Positions 25,292 to 39,101 are shown, counted from the first letter of the whole stretch. The stretch: DNA of 62,446 nt, filler included, from Rhabdomonas costata (GCA_019059605.1; 33 parts of 33 records of this genome joined end to end with filler, not necessarily neighbours in it); one strand, 5' to 3'. Notes: generated by a model from the sequence alone, not told the origin. Numbers and translations are program-made.

Positions 25292-26316
25292 TCAAGACTC
25301 CCTGGGAAAATGCACCCATTCGCAGCGGCGATCCACACCAGAGCCCAGAACGGTCTCCTGCAGCATCTCCTTCACCTCTTCCTTGGTCACGCTCTGCAGG
25401 GTCTGGGCCTTGGCCTCACTGATGTTGAACGAGTACGTGTGCTCCGAGATCTCCGTCCAGATCCCGGAGGCTTCCGAGGAGAGCTTGGTGGGCTTATTCC
25501 GAGTGGTCTTCACCAGAGAGCTGCGGCTAGTCTCGAAGTCCTGCGTTCCAACCCAACACTACCACAAAACCATCACCACCGTCATATATACGCGCACGTC
25601 CGCCGGGGAAAGTGACCCGAACTTTTCCCTCTTGTTGACAAGGTCTTATGGAAGGGCGAACTCTCCTGCCACATGTTCATGTTCCCACCGTCCTACACTG
25701 AAAATTCTACTATCAAAATGTTGTGCTGGTCACCATTCTCATCACTGCAAGTCACCCCACCTTTTTCAAAAAATCATATGCATAGTTACATATGGCAAAT
25801 ATTAGCGAAGTTCAGACACAGGCAAAATCGTCGTAGCATGCCCCTCTAAACGAAAGGTTTTGGAAACAAACCAGCGTCACGATTCATTGACAGTCCATTG
25901 GAATGGAGGGCGGGGGGCGGAAGGAGGAATCCAACGTCGCGATCACCTCCATCCAGATCGTCAATCATAATCTTTCCTAAGGTTATTGGTCGGCAAAGAA
26001 ATGCGCGGCGTACAAAAAAGCTGCATCCAGCTGGACGTGCAACCACGCAGAAAGCAAAGCTTTAGATGACAAAGAGAGAAGTGACCTCGTCGGACAACTT
26101 CACAAGATAGATAATTGAGAACGAAGATATCGAAAGGGAAGTAACCTCGTCCGACAACGCCACAAGCTCCGCGACGTAGCCCTTGAAGAAATTCATCGCC
26201 CGAGAGTCCAGGTAGGCCGCCGTGTAGTTACCTGACACTACCAGAACGTGGAGGTAGCTGGTGGAGTAGGTACGGCTGCGGATCGCCTTGTGGGAGCAGC
26301 TGGCTTTGTACCCCAA
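25292..26316 (-). CDS. Peptidase M16A (insulysin-like), C-terminal exons (26316-26146, 25540-~25300)
   Basis: LGYKASC...LHVLVVSGNYTAAYLDSRAMNFF...LSDE spliced to DFETSRSSLV...KPTKLSSEASGIWTEISEHTYSFN...LQSVTKEEV. Confidence 0.8.
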
Positions 26317-26549
26317 CTGAATGGTGGTGTGCAACACAAGAAAACGGAGAGGAATGCACCACATATCGAAGTTGTTGGAAACCAATCGATCAACGTTAGG
26401 AAAAGAACAAGCTACTTTCTCAACAGAATGCCGTGAACAAAACAANNNNNNNNNNNNNNNNNNNNNNNNNNNNNNNNNNNNNNNNNNNNTTAATTAATTA
26501 ANNNNNNNNNNNNNNNNNNNNNNNNNNNNNNNNNNNNNNNNNNNNTTGG

Positions 26550-27320
26550 GTATTTGTTGTTTCGTACTGTCCATTGGTTTTATGAGGAAAATCTCTCGAG
26601 GGTCGGATATCACAGAAAACTGAAATGAATCTCTAGTCTCTGTCATATACTATGGATTGTTGTACTTCACAGCGTACAGAAGCTGGGTCCATGTCGAAAT
26701 GAAGTGGGCCATTTTAGAAGCACAGTCAGTGACAGTCAGCACCGAGTAGGTCACTGGCGGAACTTTGCAATCAAGTCCATGACAATTGGGTGCAATTTCG
26801 GTGTTGAAATTGAAATAGTTCCATTAGTTCTAGAGACGTGTGATGATCAGCTTTGGAGTGTTGACAGACGTTGCAGGAATCAATGTTTTGCGCACTAGCG
26901 TTTGCATCCGTGAAGAATAGCAGACGTTGAATCGTGTTTATCGTCCGATGAATACACCAGTCACACACGACGATCAGGTAGTGGCACGAATATTTTTTAT
27001 TGGACCAACGTTGGCAGTATTTGTGGTATTGTGTATCTTTGGTATTGTGTCCACAAAAATACTGAAAGATTCACAAGACCTGCTATCGTCAGATGTTTTT
27101 CAGTACTCGCATAATGTGTATTATGTGCTCATAGTAGGTTTCAGAAAAGAAGGCAATTTCGTCAGATTAGATTAGATGTTTGTGACGTTTTTTGTTGGAA
27201 AAGGCAATTTTCATCGTTTGATGTAACGCGCATTTGGCTTTTGTCAGTCCAAATGGCATAGAGGTCCATTAAAAAGAGCCCAAAGTCGTCTGGAAGGCTG
27301 TCTAAGTAGATGAATCAAAT
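26550..27320 (-). mobile_element. Degenerate, internally deleted Ty3/Gypsy LTR retrotransposon pol (RT and integrase remnants)
   Basis: RT: TAFQTTLGSF*WTSMPFGLTKA (27302-27240); integrase: SCNVCQ, IVMDLIAK, VLTVTDCASKMAHFI, HKTNGQYETTN; RT-then-IN order; many stops and frameshifts. Confidence 0.85.
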
Positions 27321-28753
27321 ATTGATGAAACCACTTACCTACCACCTTAATACATTACCGATATAATTTTCGACTTGCTTCACCGCATCAATCGGCAGCT
27401 TTTTGCAATACTAGCCACCCAAATACACCAGAATCTATGAGAAACTCAACCGGTCCGATGAACAGTGGTTCCGCGAAAAGATTCTGACGCAAATTACACT
27501 ACGGTGCCTCAACTCGAAGGAAATGATCTTTAACAATCCGGCCTGCCCCGGAGCACACATGATACCTATTCCTATGAAACTTACTATGAACTTGGCCCCT
27601 TCGCAGCCGATCTCCCCCACATCGGATGAAGTAGAATCTGAACCAGAAGACACACGCGAAGGGCATGGGATTTATAAGGAAGCCGAATGATTTTCATCGC
27701 AGATGCCCCAAAGCCGTGCTCAGCCAAACCTTGGCGCGAGTGGGTTTCATTGCTGTGACCGAATTAATTGTGAAAGCACCTACCAACTCCCTCTATTACA
27801 CTCCATCTTTTAGAATTAAAGGTCAAATCCCTGTTGCTCACCCAAACTGGTCGTACACGCCGAGCCGACTTCGGAAAGCCAAACACGACCACCACGGCAA
27901 CCGATTGGTCAACTCCGCAAAATGAAAACTGGGCCCGCACCCGGTATACAACCAACCGTACGCCAAAGCGAGGTCCACCCTTCTTCACTTCTCTCTTTCT
28001 TTTCGGCACTATGCCCTTTTTTGGTGATCACTTGTTCTTCCAGAAAAAAAAAGCTGGGTGCTGAACGTCAATCACCTCCTGGATTGCCTTATTTTTACCT
28101 TTATTGTCTTCATGGGCCCTTTCGACCCAGCCGTTGACCAACGTTTCAAAGTCTTTTCAAGAAGATTGAACACAACGCAATAGACCATTTGGACAACCTT
28201 TGAGCAGGCACTACGCCATAGACTAAAAGAGCGGGCCATACCTAACCACCGACGTTCTGCGCCTGAAAAGGTCGATTGCGCGCCCTTCCTTGACTCAACG
28301 ACCACCCGTCCCACTTTTGCGTTCTTTGCCATGGCCCTAAANNNNNNNNNNNNNNNNNNNNNNNNNNNNNNNNNNNNNNNNNNNNTTAATTAATTAANNN
28401 NNNNNNNNNNNNNNNNNNNNNNNNNNNNNNNNNNNNNNNNNGAGGGGGGGGAAGGGATGCTGAACCGAGGAAATGGGCTTTTTGAGCCGTGACAGCTATG
28501 CCACCATCGCGGGTTGGCATCCAGTTTGTGCGGGCATGCCGAATTTTTTGTGTACGTATGCATGTATGTGTTCTCGGTGTCTGTTTGGTATTTCAGGCTG
28601 ATGGCAGGGTCCTGCAGCACTCACTTGTGCAGGGGAGCTGGAACTCGCAGACCTGCTAGGTGAATGCACATTGCGGCATGCCCTATGCTGTTGATGGTGA
28701 CAACCTAGTTATCTCCCTTCAAATTCCTTTCCTAATTAATAAAATAACGAAAG

Positions 28754-30173
28754 GTCAAGCTGGTGGTGCACAACGACACCAACAAGCTGTACGCGATCAA
28801 GATCATCAAGCGGGCCAACCTTTCCCGGCGGTTTCCAGACCTCTCCGAGGAGGAAATCTGCACACAAACCCACAACTGCACCAGCACCGGCCGTACCCGC
28901 CGTGACAAGCAGCAGGTGCAGAAGGAGGTCGCCATCATGAAGAAGCTGCGGCACCCGAATCTGTGTGTTGGACTCCCCTTCCTATCCATCAGCCTTTCAG
29001 CACAATTGGAAAATTATCATGCGGGGAGCCGGATGTAACAATCGCACTGCTTGAAATATGGCATGGCTGCAAGTGCGTGTTTTGCAGTTTTTCGTAGCCA
29101 CTGTTTTCAGCGATCAATCATGCTTGGAATCATAGAAACTTGCTATGCCCAATGTGACGGTAACCGTCAGTAATGCCATTCGTAGACCACATACGTTCAT
29201 CATCGCCGTAAGTTTCTGAAACGTTCAAAGGCCCACAGCTGCTTCTGGTGCTTCTCCAGCAATACGGGGTGTTCACGGGGTATGTGTGCAGTGATCGATA
29301 ATTTTCATTCAGTCGCCCGGCCTCCTTCGCTTGAGCTAGGATTCAAGGTTTATGTCCCTTTCCCGGACTTGAGGTTATCCCCATGCTCATTTTGATCCAG
29401 CTCTTGAATCCTGAAGTACGGTGTCCTTGGTGGATTTTTAGTGGGATGATATGCAATATTCTGAAATGTTTGAAATTTTTGTCCTGGGAAGGGACAGTGA
29501 GTTGGATTTGCACAGAAAAGTCCGACCTTCGTTTGCTCGACTACATCGTATACGATCTTACTTCAGGGTGTCCCTTCACGAGCTCATCGATGATGTGGCT
29601 CTGGAGAAGTTCTACCTTGTGATGGACTATGTGGACGGAGGGGCCCTGGGGGAGGTTACCTCCACCGGCTGCCTGAAGGGCGCGCCCTTGGAGGACGAAC
29701 GGGTAAGTGCTGTTTCACCTGTGTGTCTCTACGGAGCAGGTAATCTCAGAATTCAGGATTGCAGCAGTAACGATTTCTTCCAAAACGTGATCATCAAGGC
29801 TCGAAAAAGCAATTGTTAGAGAGTAGCAAATCAGGTGCCTTTTTTATTGTCCGCTTCATTGTAAACCTCAGAGCTGAGATATCTTACCTAAAAGCGAATA
29901 GGGAAAAATAGAGGAGAATGAGAATCGAAATAGGACATCTGCTTCCCACTTTGATTGGGTACGTAGTTGCTGTGGGGCTGATGTGCACTTACAATTTTTT
30001 CGAGTGTTTTTTCGGGAGGGCAGGAGTTAGAGTGGTTGACTGATTATTGCCAAAGGTTTCAGAAAACCGACAACCACCCCTGCTTTCCTCCACAGCTTGC
30101 GGGCATTCTGCGGCAGCTGATTGCCGGGCTGCAGTACCTCCACCGCCAGCGCATCATCCACAAGGACATCAAG
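28754..30173 (+). CDS. CaMKK/GRIK/LKB1-family Ser/Thr kinase, internal exons 28754-28962, 29567-29702, 30096-30173
   Basis: VKLVVHNDTNKLYAIKII, an insert between subdomains II and III, VQKEVAIMKKLRHPNLVSLHELIDD, YLVMDYVDGG, GLQYLHRQRIIHKDIK; consistent GT-AG phases. Confidence 0.88.
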
Positions 30174-30336
30174 GTTATTCCCCGTATTCCCCGTATTCAC
30201 CGTATTGCCCAGGCCTGCTTCGGCTTAGCCCTCGTCNNNNNNNNNNNNNNNNNNNNNNNNNNNNNNNNNNNNNNNNNNNNTTAATTAATTAANNNNNNNN
30301 NNNNNNNNNNNNNNNNNNNNNNNNNNNNNNNNNNNN

Positions 30337-32131
30337 GTGGTTGTTTCCATTGCACCGTGCTTTCAGACTCAAATCTGGAAAAGGCAGACCTCTCTCGGTG
30401 CTCCTTTGTGGGGGCTGTGCTGTCCCGGTCGCGGTTTGGCGGTGCCGATTTGTCGCGATGCTCCTTTTTCAACGCGAAGCTGGACGGCGCGGACTTGTCT
30501 AGCAGCAAGCTTACGGCTGGAGTCTTTACGGGAGCCACACTATCCAACGCGAAGTTGTGCAATGCAAGCCTAGCGAACAGTGACTTTTTTGTGGCAGTAA
30601 TGGCTGGTACTGACCTCTCTGGTGCTATGGTAGCTGGCTGGACACTGTCTACGAGGGAGTTCCCTCTTACTGAATCCTCCAGTTCAGAGTCTCACAGCCA
30701 TGACTTCACCAATGCTAACATATCAGGTCTCTTTCCATATTCGCGTTGTTTGCCGTCTTTTCGAAGTGTTCCTTTGACATTAAGGTTAAATAACAACCAG
30801 TGGGGGTTTCGTGTTTCGAGCTGGGTTTTTCAGAGTCGCCAAATCCCCGACCCTGAACTATGGGTGGTTCCTCTTTGTGTGTTAAGCATTGTGTGAGTGA
30901 TAACCCGTCCCAACAAGTGATTTACCGACACAATCTCCCGAGAAGGAGAATGACCGTACTGAGCGGAAGCCAATCTGCAGATTGAGTCCAGCATGTCATT
31001 CATTCGCACCGCACCATGGAAACCCAGTGCATTCCTGCTAACAAGTACGGTTGTGTTCGAATTCAAGAGGACGGTAAGTCGTGTAGGCTATTGTTGCCTT
31101 TGCTGACGTCAGGTTCGCTGCAACGTAAGTCTCAGGAGGCTATTTTGGTTGGTTATGCTGAACAGGGGTCGACCTTTCCGGACAAGATCTTCGCGGGGCA
31201 AAATTGGTGAACTGCAACATCTCTAACTGCACACTTCGAGGTACCATTTTGACGGGGGCTGACCTTTCCGGGTGCAACTTGGAAGCTATAGCAGGCAAAG
31301 ATGCTTCCTGGTGCAAGTTGGACGGAACCGACCTGAGCCAGAGGGACTTTTCAGGGGGCTGGAGTTTTGTTGGCTGCTCTTTTGAGGGTGCAAACCTCAA
31401 TTCCACGAACTTTGCGGATGCAGACCTTTCGCGGGGAAGCTTTTCGGGCGCCACGCTTTGCCGCGCTCGCTTTGCCAAGGCAAAGCTTCCTCACTGCAGC
31501 TTTCAGAGATGCCAGATCGCAGAGAGTGAGTTTTGTGGGGCGTCCTTTGTGCTTCCGGACTTCTCCGGTGCGTCAATAACTGATACGGACTTCTCTCGTG
31601 CCAACATCCCCTGCCTAAAGCTCACGGGACTTCGCCTGCTTCGAGTGAACTTTTCCTTCGCAAACCTGACCAATGCCTTGTTCTCCGGCACCACCATGCT
31701 GGTGTGCACCTTGTCTGCGGAATTTATGTTGCCGTATGAGCGGGACATCAAGTGCATTGATCTTCTTGCATTGATCTTCTTGTTTTGATATGCTTCCAGG
31801 TCATACTTTTTCCGGCTGCAAAGTCGATGCCTTTTTGGTTTCTTTCTCTGTCAGTTTCGTCGTTTGCCATCGCAGGGTTGTTCCTTCGATCAAGCGGTGG
31901 TCACCAGGGCGATGCAGCAGGGCTGTGTTTTGTCTTCCTCAAACTCTCCAACCGCGTCGGGTCCGCGCACTCGCTCTCAGAGTGCGAATTCAGTGGTCTC
32001 CCTGGCAATGCAGCAGTTGGATCCCATCGGGGCGGCCGTGTCTAGAGCCTTTCAGCAGCTCGATGCGAGCAGAATATATACAACCCCACAGTGGACTCCC
32101 TTCCTCCCGCCCGGCTCCATTGCCCCCCCAC
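30337..32131 (+). CDS. Pentapeptide-repeat protein, partial; exons <30337-30726, 31166-31701, 31876->
   Basis: Many A(D/N)LxX and xFxGA repeats; splicing gives ANIS|GVDLSGQDLRGA and GTTML|GCSFDQAVV. Confidence 0.9.
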
Positions 32132-35100
32132 ANNNNNNNNNNNNNNNNNNNNNNNNNNNNNNNNNNNNNNNNNNNNTTAATTAATTAANNNNNNNNNNNN
32201 NNNNNNNNNNNNNNNNNNNNNNNNNNNNNNNNGCGTGTAACAACGAAAAAACGGCTGAGAAGAAGCGGCGCAAAACCAGGAAAGTTGCAAGACTGGTCCA
32301 ACTGCCGATTTGAAATGACCGAACGGGTTACAAATACAGGAACGGCATAAGGTTATGATTCAGTCCATTGGTTTCGTGAGAGAGAACGCAAAGTCAACCA
32401 TCGCAAAAACACCGCCAAAATGGGAATTGAAGCACGCACCAGATCAGAGAGGTTGACAGAGGCCTGCCCAAATCTTAACTGTGAAAAGATACAAATGCAA
32501 ACATAAGGCAAGGAATCGGTTCTGATAACTTATGCTTGGCGTTTGAATATGTGCAATTTATGGCACGTTCTCGATCGATCGATGGCATTCTCATGATGTT
32601 TAAAATTTATAAGTTTGATCAAGGTGGCCACAGCAGTTGGTATTTCTGCATTGTTGGCATAATATTAATGCGAAACGAAAATTTCCGCAAGGAAACCTGA
32701 TTTCAAGTTAATGAGTGACTCTTAAACACACCACATCCCGGCACCCAGTGAGAACCCTCAAATGGGCAGGATGTGTGGGCAAATATAAGAGGGTTCGCAC
32801 CTCGCTTGATGGGGAAGCCGGAAACCCACTGAAAAAAGAAAGAGCTTTCAAAAGCATAGGCCGCAAACGCTCTTTCATCGACCGTTGCATTTCCTTGCAT
32901 TTCGATGCTTGTCCAGCTACAGCTGAATTTCGTGCTGGGACGCTCGAAATCCCAAACGCTTTCCCTTCCCCGGTCTTGGATTAAAATGCAGGAACTCAGA
33001 ACCGCAAATTGGAGGGCATCTGATTTCCATGGGGGTGTCACGAGATAAGTTCAAGAAACCGTTTCCTTCAGCAACAATCCTGAATCTCGGGCAAAAGAAA
33101 CAAGAACCCACAGAACCAAGGAAAGATGCGGGTCAGAACTCTTGCCAATTGTGCCGCAACCATTCCACACCCAAAAGGCCAACACCACAGATGCCTATGC
33201 CGATCTTAATAAACGATAGGTTCCCAACGACTGACTTGTTTCAGCTCTATTTCTGCCGCTACCAGACTCTGCGGGAAGCATGCCTGGACATTGGAGACTT
33301 CGGAGACTTCATGAAGTCCGAAGGCAAGCACGGGAAGATCACACTGGAGGCACTCAGCTGAGCCAATGCAAATCCCAAACACAAGGCACAAACGGTACTC
33401 GTGATCCAGAGATCGACAAGCGCACCACAGACACAGAGAAACCCGCTGTTGACTCACTAGAAGGGCGATAGGCTGGCTGTGAACAGGAACGGTGGGGAAT
33501 CCTGCAGTCCCTTCAAAGTGGGTATTCCCAGAGAGCAAAGACAAGAGAATCTGTTGCGCAAACCCAGACAGAAACGGGAAGCGCTTAAGAATACCAACGA
33601 CCGCCATTCGCCGTCCTGCCGCATTACCTGTGCCGTTGGTAGCCGTCACACTGCTTGTGTTGAATGACAAAACATTTAATTTACTTTGCAGCAAACTGTG
33701 TGATTGTGAGTTTCACCATAACGTATCCTCATGCTCGTCAGCAACGCTCACAAATAATAATAGGAACAATTTGCAGGGTGACGGCACTTCTTCAAAAAGA
33801 ACTGAAAACAACCACTTAAAAGTATGAACAAATATTCCAACTGAACTAAATCCCACCGGAACGTGTCCAACGAAAAATGCCAAAATCTGGGTAGCGGGAG
33901 AACCACTCGAACGTAAGCTAAAAGGCATACATCGTCTTTTGCATTTGCATGGAGATGGCCGAAGAGAGCCTGAAGGTGAGTAGCAACAAAAGAAAGGAAA
34001 ATAGTACCCGGAAAACAAAAAACCAACNNNNNNNNNNNNNNNNNNNNNNNNNNNNNNNNNNNNNNNNNNNNTTAATTAATTAANNNNNNNNNNNNNNNNN
34101 NNNNNNNNNNNNNNNNNNNNNNNNNNNATGGTTTGGAGTTAGTGTTTAGGTTTAGGGTTGTGAGTCGGAGTTCTACCGCAGGCTGTGCCGGGACAGCGGA
34201 GTGGCAGTGCTGAGCCGGCGGCAGAGGCAGACCAACGAGCGCGTCCTGGGGGAGCTGGGGACCGTCTTGAGGACGGTGTTCAAGATCGGATAGCATGTCA
34301 CGCGCACACATGAGACTAATGTTTGGTGTTTGCATACTTACACACACCAAAGAAACGGCACCCAGGATAAGCTAGATAATGGGATATTTGTTTCATCTGT
34401 GGAGGGAACGTTCCTTGTTGTATCTGTACATTCAGTGAGCCTTGCGTGGGGGCGAGGAAAAAGGATGACGAGAGCGAGGAGTTCCTTCAGATTTATGCAT
34501 TGCATTGCATTGTATTGGCCTCTGTTGAAGAGCTTTTTCGATATCCTCCAGTTATTCATTCATTCAAGTTTTCCTAATGCCTTTTTACAAAACAACAAAA
34601 CCTAATCAGGCACCGGGTCTGCTCGAAATTTTCGGTGTCCATTCAGATTTGTCCAATATTTATTCTGTTGCTGACATACTTCGGATCCGTCAGAGAAATC
34701 CTTTTTTCGACAGAGACAGGAAGAGAAAGATATGGCCCGGATTTGGCGGACAAATGATACTCTTTAATTTTGCACTGTTCCCGCAGAGCGTCTGTGTTGG
34801 TTTTGTTTTTCAACTGACCGTGAATGATCTCCGTTTCCCACCCAACCCTCGGCTTTTTTCCCTTGCTTTTCAGGTTTTGGCGCAGCACGCGTCACGGCTA
34901 CCACGTTGTGGGCCCTCTTTATTCGCTCCCTTTTGCTGGATGAGCTCGGGATGGATGAGCTTTCACGGAATGAGCCTACTTGTGATTCCGAAGAAGATAT
35001 GTCCTTGGGCCGGAACCGCTCGCTCGGTGGGAGTCAAACTTGCCTCTCATCATTATGTGGAGAAACTGACGAAGATGTTCATCCACCTGATTGTCATCAA

Positions 35101-36120
35101 GGGCTTCAGTCTTCGTACAGCATTGGCAGTGTGGAGGTCAGTGCAGGAGAGGCCAGCTGTGCTGGGTTGCCTCCTGATGTTTCCGTGACCAATGCTGATT
35201 GTTTCCGTGACGAGTCATCAGCGCCCGCGAAGCTCCTCCAAGGAAATGAGCCTGCGAATTTGAAAACAGCTGAAGAACAACCACAGGGTGGTGCTGTGGA
35301 GAATCGGACTCATGAACATTTCCCCTCGACTCAATCCGACAATGCGCTGGCGTCAGAGCTTTGTATTCGCGAAGTTGCCTCTTTTGAACTGTCACTTGAG
35401 GATCGCCCCCAGCAGCAGAAAACTTCTGAACCTGTGAGCGCCGGATTGACGCACGGGGAAGTTGCACAGTTATCATTCACATCCACATTGGTCACGGTAA
35501 CAACTAAGTTCGAATAGGAACAGTCAGAACATCAGAACACCCCCATACAACCAGACACCGTCACACGTCCGGGCTGCTTTGACAGGCAGGCTCCGCTGTT
35601 CCCCTATACGCTGTGCACACAGGCAGCGAGTAGGCATGCCATAGGCTTCCATATAGGCCCCCTCTATACAAGGGGCATCTCAAGTGACCCTATCTCGATC
35701 GCAAGGAGAAGCTTCGAGAAAAGCGCCACCGTAGAAAATAGATGACATGGCACAACAACTAATTTAGGTGCTTACCACCTTCACAGAAGCCGACGAAACG
35801 AAAAACAGCACACCAGGGCCCCCGAGACGTAGCTGTGAACGCCCAGGCCCATGACTTCGATCAGTTACTTTTCCGCAGAGTTACCACCTTCACAGAAGCC
35901 GACGAAACGAAAAACAACACAANNNNNNNNNNNNNNNNNNNNNNNNNNNNNNNNNNNNNNNNNNNNTTAATTAATTAANNNNNNNNNNNNNNNNNNNNNN
36001 NNNNNNNNNNNNNNNNNNNNNNGGGGTGGAAGATGGAGAGAGGTTAGGCTCTGGTAGCAGGCAGCTCCGCTTCAGCCCGCTATCGAAAGTAGAAGTCTGC
36101 GGGAAGGGTGTGACGCTCAC

Positions 36121-37717
36121 CTGTCGTTGTCCTCATACTCAAAGCCCTGGTCGCGCAGCAAGCGGGTGAGCTGCCCGGCGGCGCTGTGGATACTTCTCAG
36201 CGCGGACCAGGACAGGAAGTTCACCGCGGTAAACTCCCCGTCCTGGCCTGAGGCCAGGGCCTCCTGGTAACCCATGAAGGCATTGAGCATGGTCAGGTGG
36301 TCACTGGGATGCCCTGTGGGCGGGAAAAGTAGGGTGAGCTGGGGTTGAAGCTTCCGGGCTCGGATAAGTATGGATAAGTACGGGGAGCTGCGTGCAAAGC
36401 ATAACACGTCGTTTTTCACTGCGTGCTTCGAATGTTTGTACTTCTCTGCGGCCCGCCACCCTAGCCCTGGGGGAACTTATGGTTTCTCCGAAACTCGCTC
36501 GCAACCAAAACGAAACCTTCTGATGCTCTCAACGTCCAGCTTTTTCACGCACCCTGCGCCTTCTCTTCCCATGTGCCATGTGCGGGGTGCTGAACACAAC
36601 CCATGCTGAATTTAGAGTGGGCCTCGCGGGCCTCCTGCCGCCGCTCCAGGGGCCTGAGAAAGGGGTCCTTGAGGCTCATCGAGGCCGCAATCACCGCCAG
36701 AGGGGGCAGGCACTCGAGCACCGACCCCAAGACGACCATCTTCCCCAAGCGAGGATGCAACGGAAGGCGCCCCAGATGGCGCCCCAGAGGGGTAAGCTCT
36801 TTGTGCGAGTCCTGAGAAACCCACCAAAGAATTGATCCCGAAGAGCTCTCTGCACGCTGACAAATCCCTCGAGGTTAGTTTCCATTAACTCAGCGACGTT
36901 GTCCCCAACACTGTCCATGCGACTGCCCACCAGTGAAATTGGCTAACGCCAGTGTTCTGAAACCCAGAGAACGGACGAGGAACGGTGAGGTGCACTTGGA
37001 CTCGCGAAGCAAGTTTCAAGGAAAGCTTTCTAAGGTCGTTTCCAATGCTCCGAGTCTGTCACTGTTGTAACTATCAAATATCGGGTACAGTGGGGCGGTG
37101 ACCAGAACGTCAAGGCCCTGCAGCTCCTCGACAGCTTCCTTGACCGCCACATCGCTGGGAGGCTCCAGAGCTCGCTGCAAAAATCTGCATCGAGGACAGC
37201 AAAGACAGAGCGCGGAGTAATTTGTTGGTTTCCCTTCCGGGCAACACAGCAAGCTGATTTCACAGGCAGCCCAGAGGACATCGGAGCGAGCAAGTTTGCG
37301 AAAGCACAGGAACAAGCCGAATATTTTGTTAGCATATATTGTAGGCTGGCCCGCACCTGATCATTCCACCACCATTCAAGTTAAAGCTCACTTTATGTTT
37401 GGTCACCACTAATCGTTAGTCTCCTCATGACACCTGAATAATCAGCAACAACAAACACTGCATCGACATATAACGCAGTGGAATTGCAATCAAGGAAACG
37501 ATGGGAAAAAATCAACTCCCATGGGGCTTCGCGCTTCGCAAAGCAAAGTGAGATGAGGAGAGGAGAGGACAGAGGAGCAAAGCCCCCACCAAAGAAAAAC
37601 CAAAGAAAAGGAACGAGCATCCACACACCTCTCTATGCTATCACCAGAGGAACAGAACGGAGGACAAGCCGCTGAGGTGCTGCGTGCTGGGCCAGCATCG
37701 CCTTGCAGCATCTTCAC
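36121..37717 (-). CDS. DEAH-box RNA helicase (DHX36/29/57-like), HA2 region; exons 37717-37629, 37184-37103, 36811-36601, 36313-36121
   Basis: SIERFLQRALEPP, ELTPLGRHLGRLPLHPRLGKMVVLG, IAASMSLKDPFLRP, SDHLTMLNAFMGY, NFLSWSALRSI; all introns GT-AG. Confidence 0.93.
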
Positions 37718-38298
37718 CTGTGTATAGAGAACAGCAGAGGAAAGTAACAGCGGACCGCAGCAGGTAGTCGAGAAAGAACAAGACGAAACAGCGCATCTAT
37801 CAAAAATAAAACGAAACNNNNNNNNNNNNNNNNNNNNNNNNNNNNNNNNNNNNNNNNNNNNTTAATTAATTAANNNNNNNNNNNNNNNNNNNNNNNNNNN
37901 NNNNNNNNNNNNNNNNNTGTTGGTTGTAGATGCCGATGCGCATTTCTTTTCCCGGGGTGGGTAAGGTGTCCAAACAAACACACATTGAGGTTCTGTTTGA
38001 TCGGGAGTGGGAGTGGTTTCTGAGCGGAGTGCGCAAGTTGTCCGTCCGGAGCACGGGACAGGTTTATTCTTAAGGGAGGTCTTGTGTGGCGGAGCTCAGC
38101 GGTGTGTATGAGCGTGTGTGAAGAAAAGGTGCCACCGAGCCAAATCCGGCCTTATACAGGGCGATCGCAGAGGGTTGGAGCTCCAGACACGCGGTGGAAT
38201 GCACCGGTGTGAAGCTTTCGGTGGTGTGTGTGTGTCACTAGGCCACGGGGAACTGGCTGCTTGACCGCAAGGGGGGCTGTGCCCCAGTGCGAGTGCAG

Positions 38299-39101
38299 CC
38301 CTGCGGGGAGATCCTCCCGAAGTGGAGGCCCGTGCCCCCCGCAGGAGGTGCAGAGCGGGGCGGGTTCGGCTCTGGCGCCGCGACCGGCCCGGTGCACTAC
38401 GGTGTGGAAGAGTTCCTACCTGCTGCCGCGGCGGACGAGAAGAAGGGAGAGGGGGAGGCCGCTCAGGCCCCGGAAGGGGACCGCCGCAATGCGGAGGCCC
38501 TGTTGAGGCTGGCCATGGGCCCCCTGTGCGAGGCCAGGTCAGAGCTTGCTTGCTTGCTTCCCTTGGAAGAAGCCCAGATGTCTCCCGGGGAAACGGGTGG
38601 AAACCAGTCAAAATTTTGGCAAACATACTCGGAAACGACGTGCGTGGCGCGTAGATGTTTGGCAAAGGCCGCGCTTGCTCACTAGCCGACGTGGCTGACT
38701 TCACGGCATCGGATTCACGGGTGACCTCTCGTGGTGCGAAATCAATTTTCGCCACCCTGATATCCTGGACTTCTGAGGGGGGCTTATGCCTCTGCGATGT
38801 GGAGGGTGCAACCCTCTGGGAACGTTTAGCTCAGCTGCTGGCAATCGCGTTGATATTCCGGAAAGAACCCGCGATTCCTTTTTGCACACGCTCACACCAC
38901 GCACCCTACAAGTCTCATTGCCGCAGAGTCGTTCCCTCCCTCCTGCGGACTTCTTTCTGGTTTTGTTTTTTGTTGTTGCGGCTCAGGGTGACGGTCACCC
39001 CCACTCAGCTGCTGATCTCCAAGGCCAACGCGACGACCTCAGAGTTCGCCGCCGCAGCGTTTTCGCTGCAGACGGGCCAGCTGCTGGGGTGGCACGAGGA
39101 G
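38299..39101 (+). CDS. Hypothetical protein, two probable exons (~38299-38537, 38987-39101)
   Basis: GC-rich coding-like blocks joined in frame by a phase-2 GT-AG intron; family not recognised. Confidence 0.45.

Noticed and set aside
29995-30014. TTTTCGAGTGTTTTTTCG, faintly like a euglenid spliced leader
   Set aside because: Short, low complexity, inside an intron, and not followed by a GT donor.
35772-35916. Direct repeat of about 35 bp, 109 nt apart
   Set aside because: Only two copies, the second at the contig end; no cas genes; not a CRISPR.
37185-37680. Possible euglenid-type non-canonical intron in the DEAH helicase
   Set aside because: A canonical AG|GTGTGT donor at 37629/37628 restores the frame and gives SIERFLQRALEPP. 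No non-canonical intron was needed in any gene I modelled.
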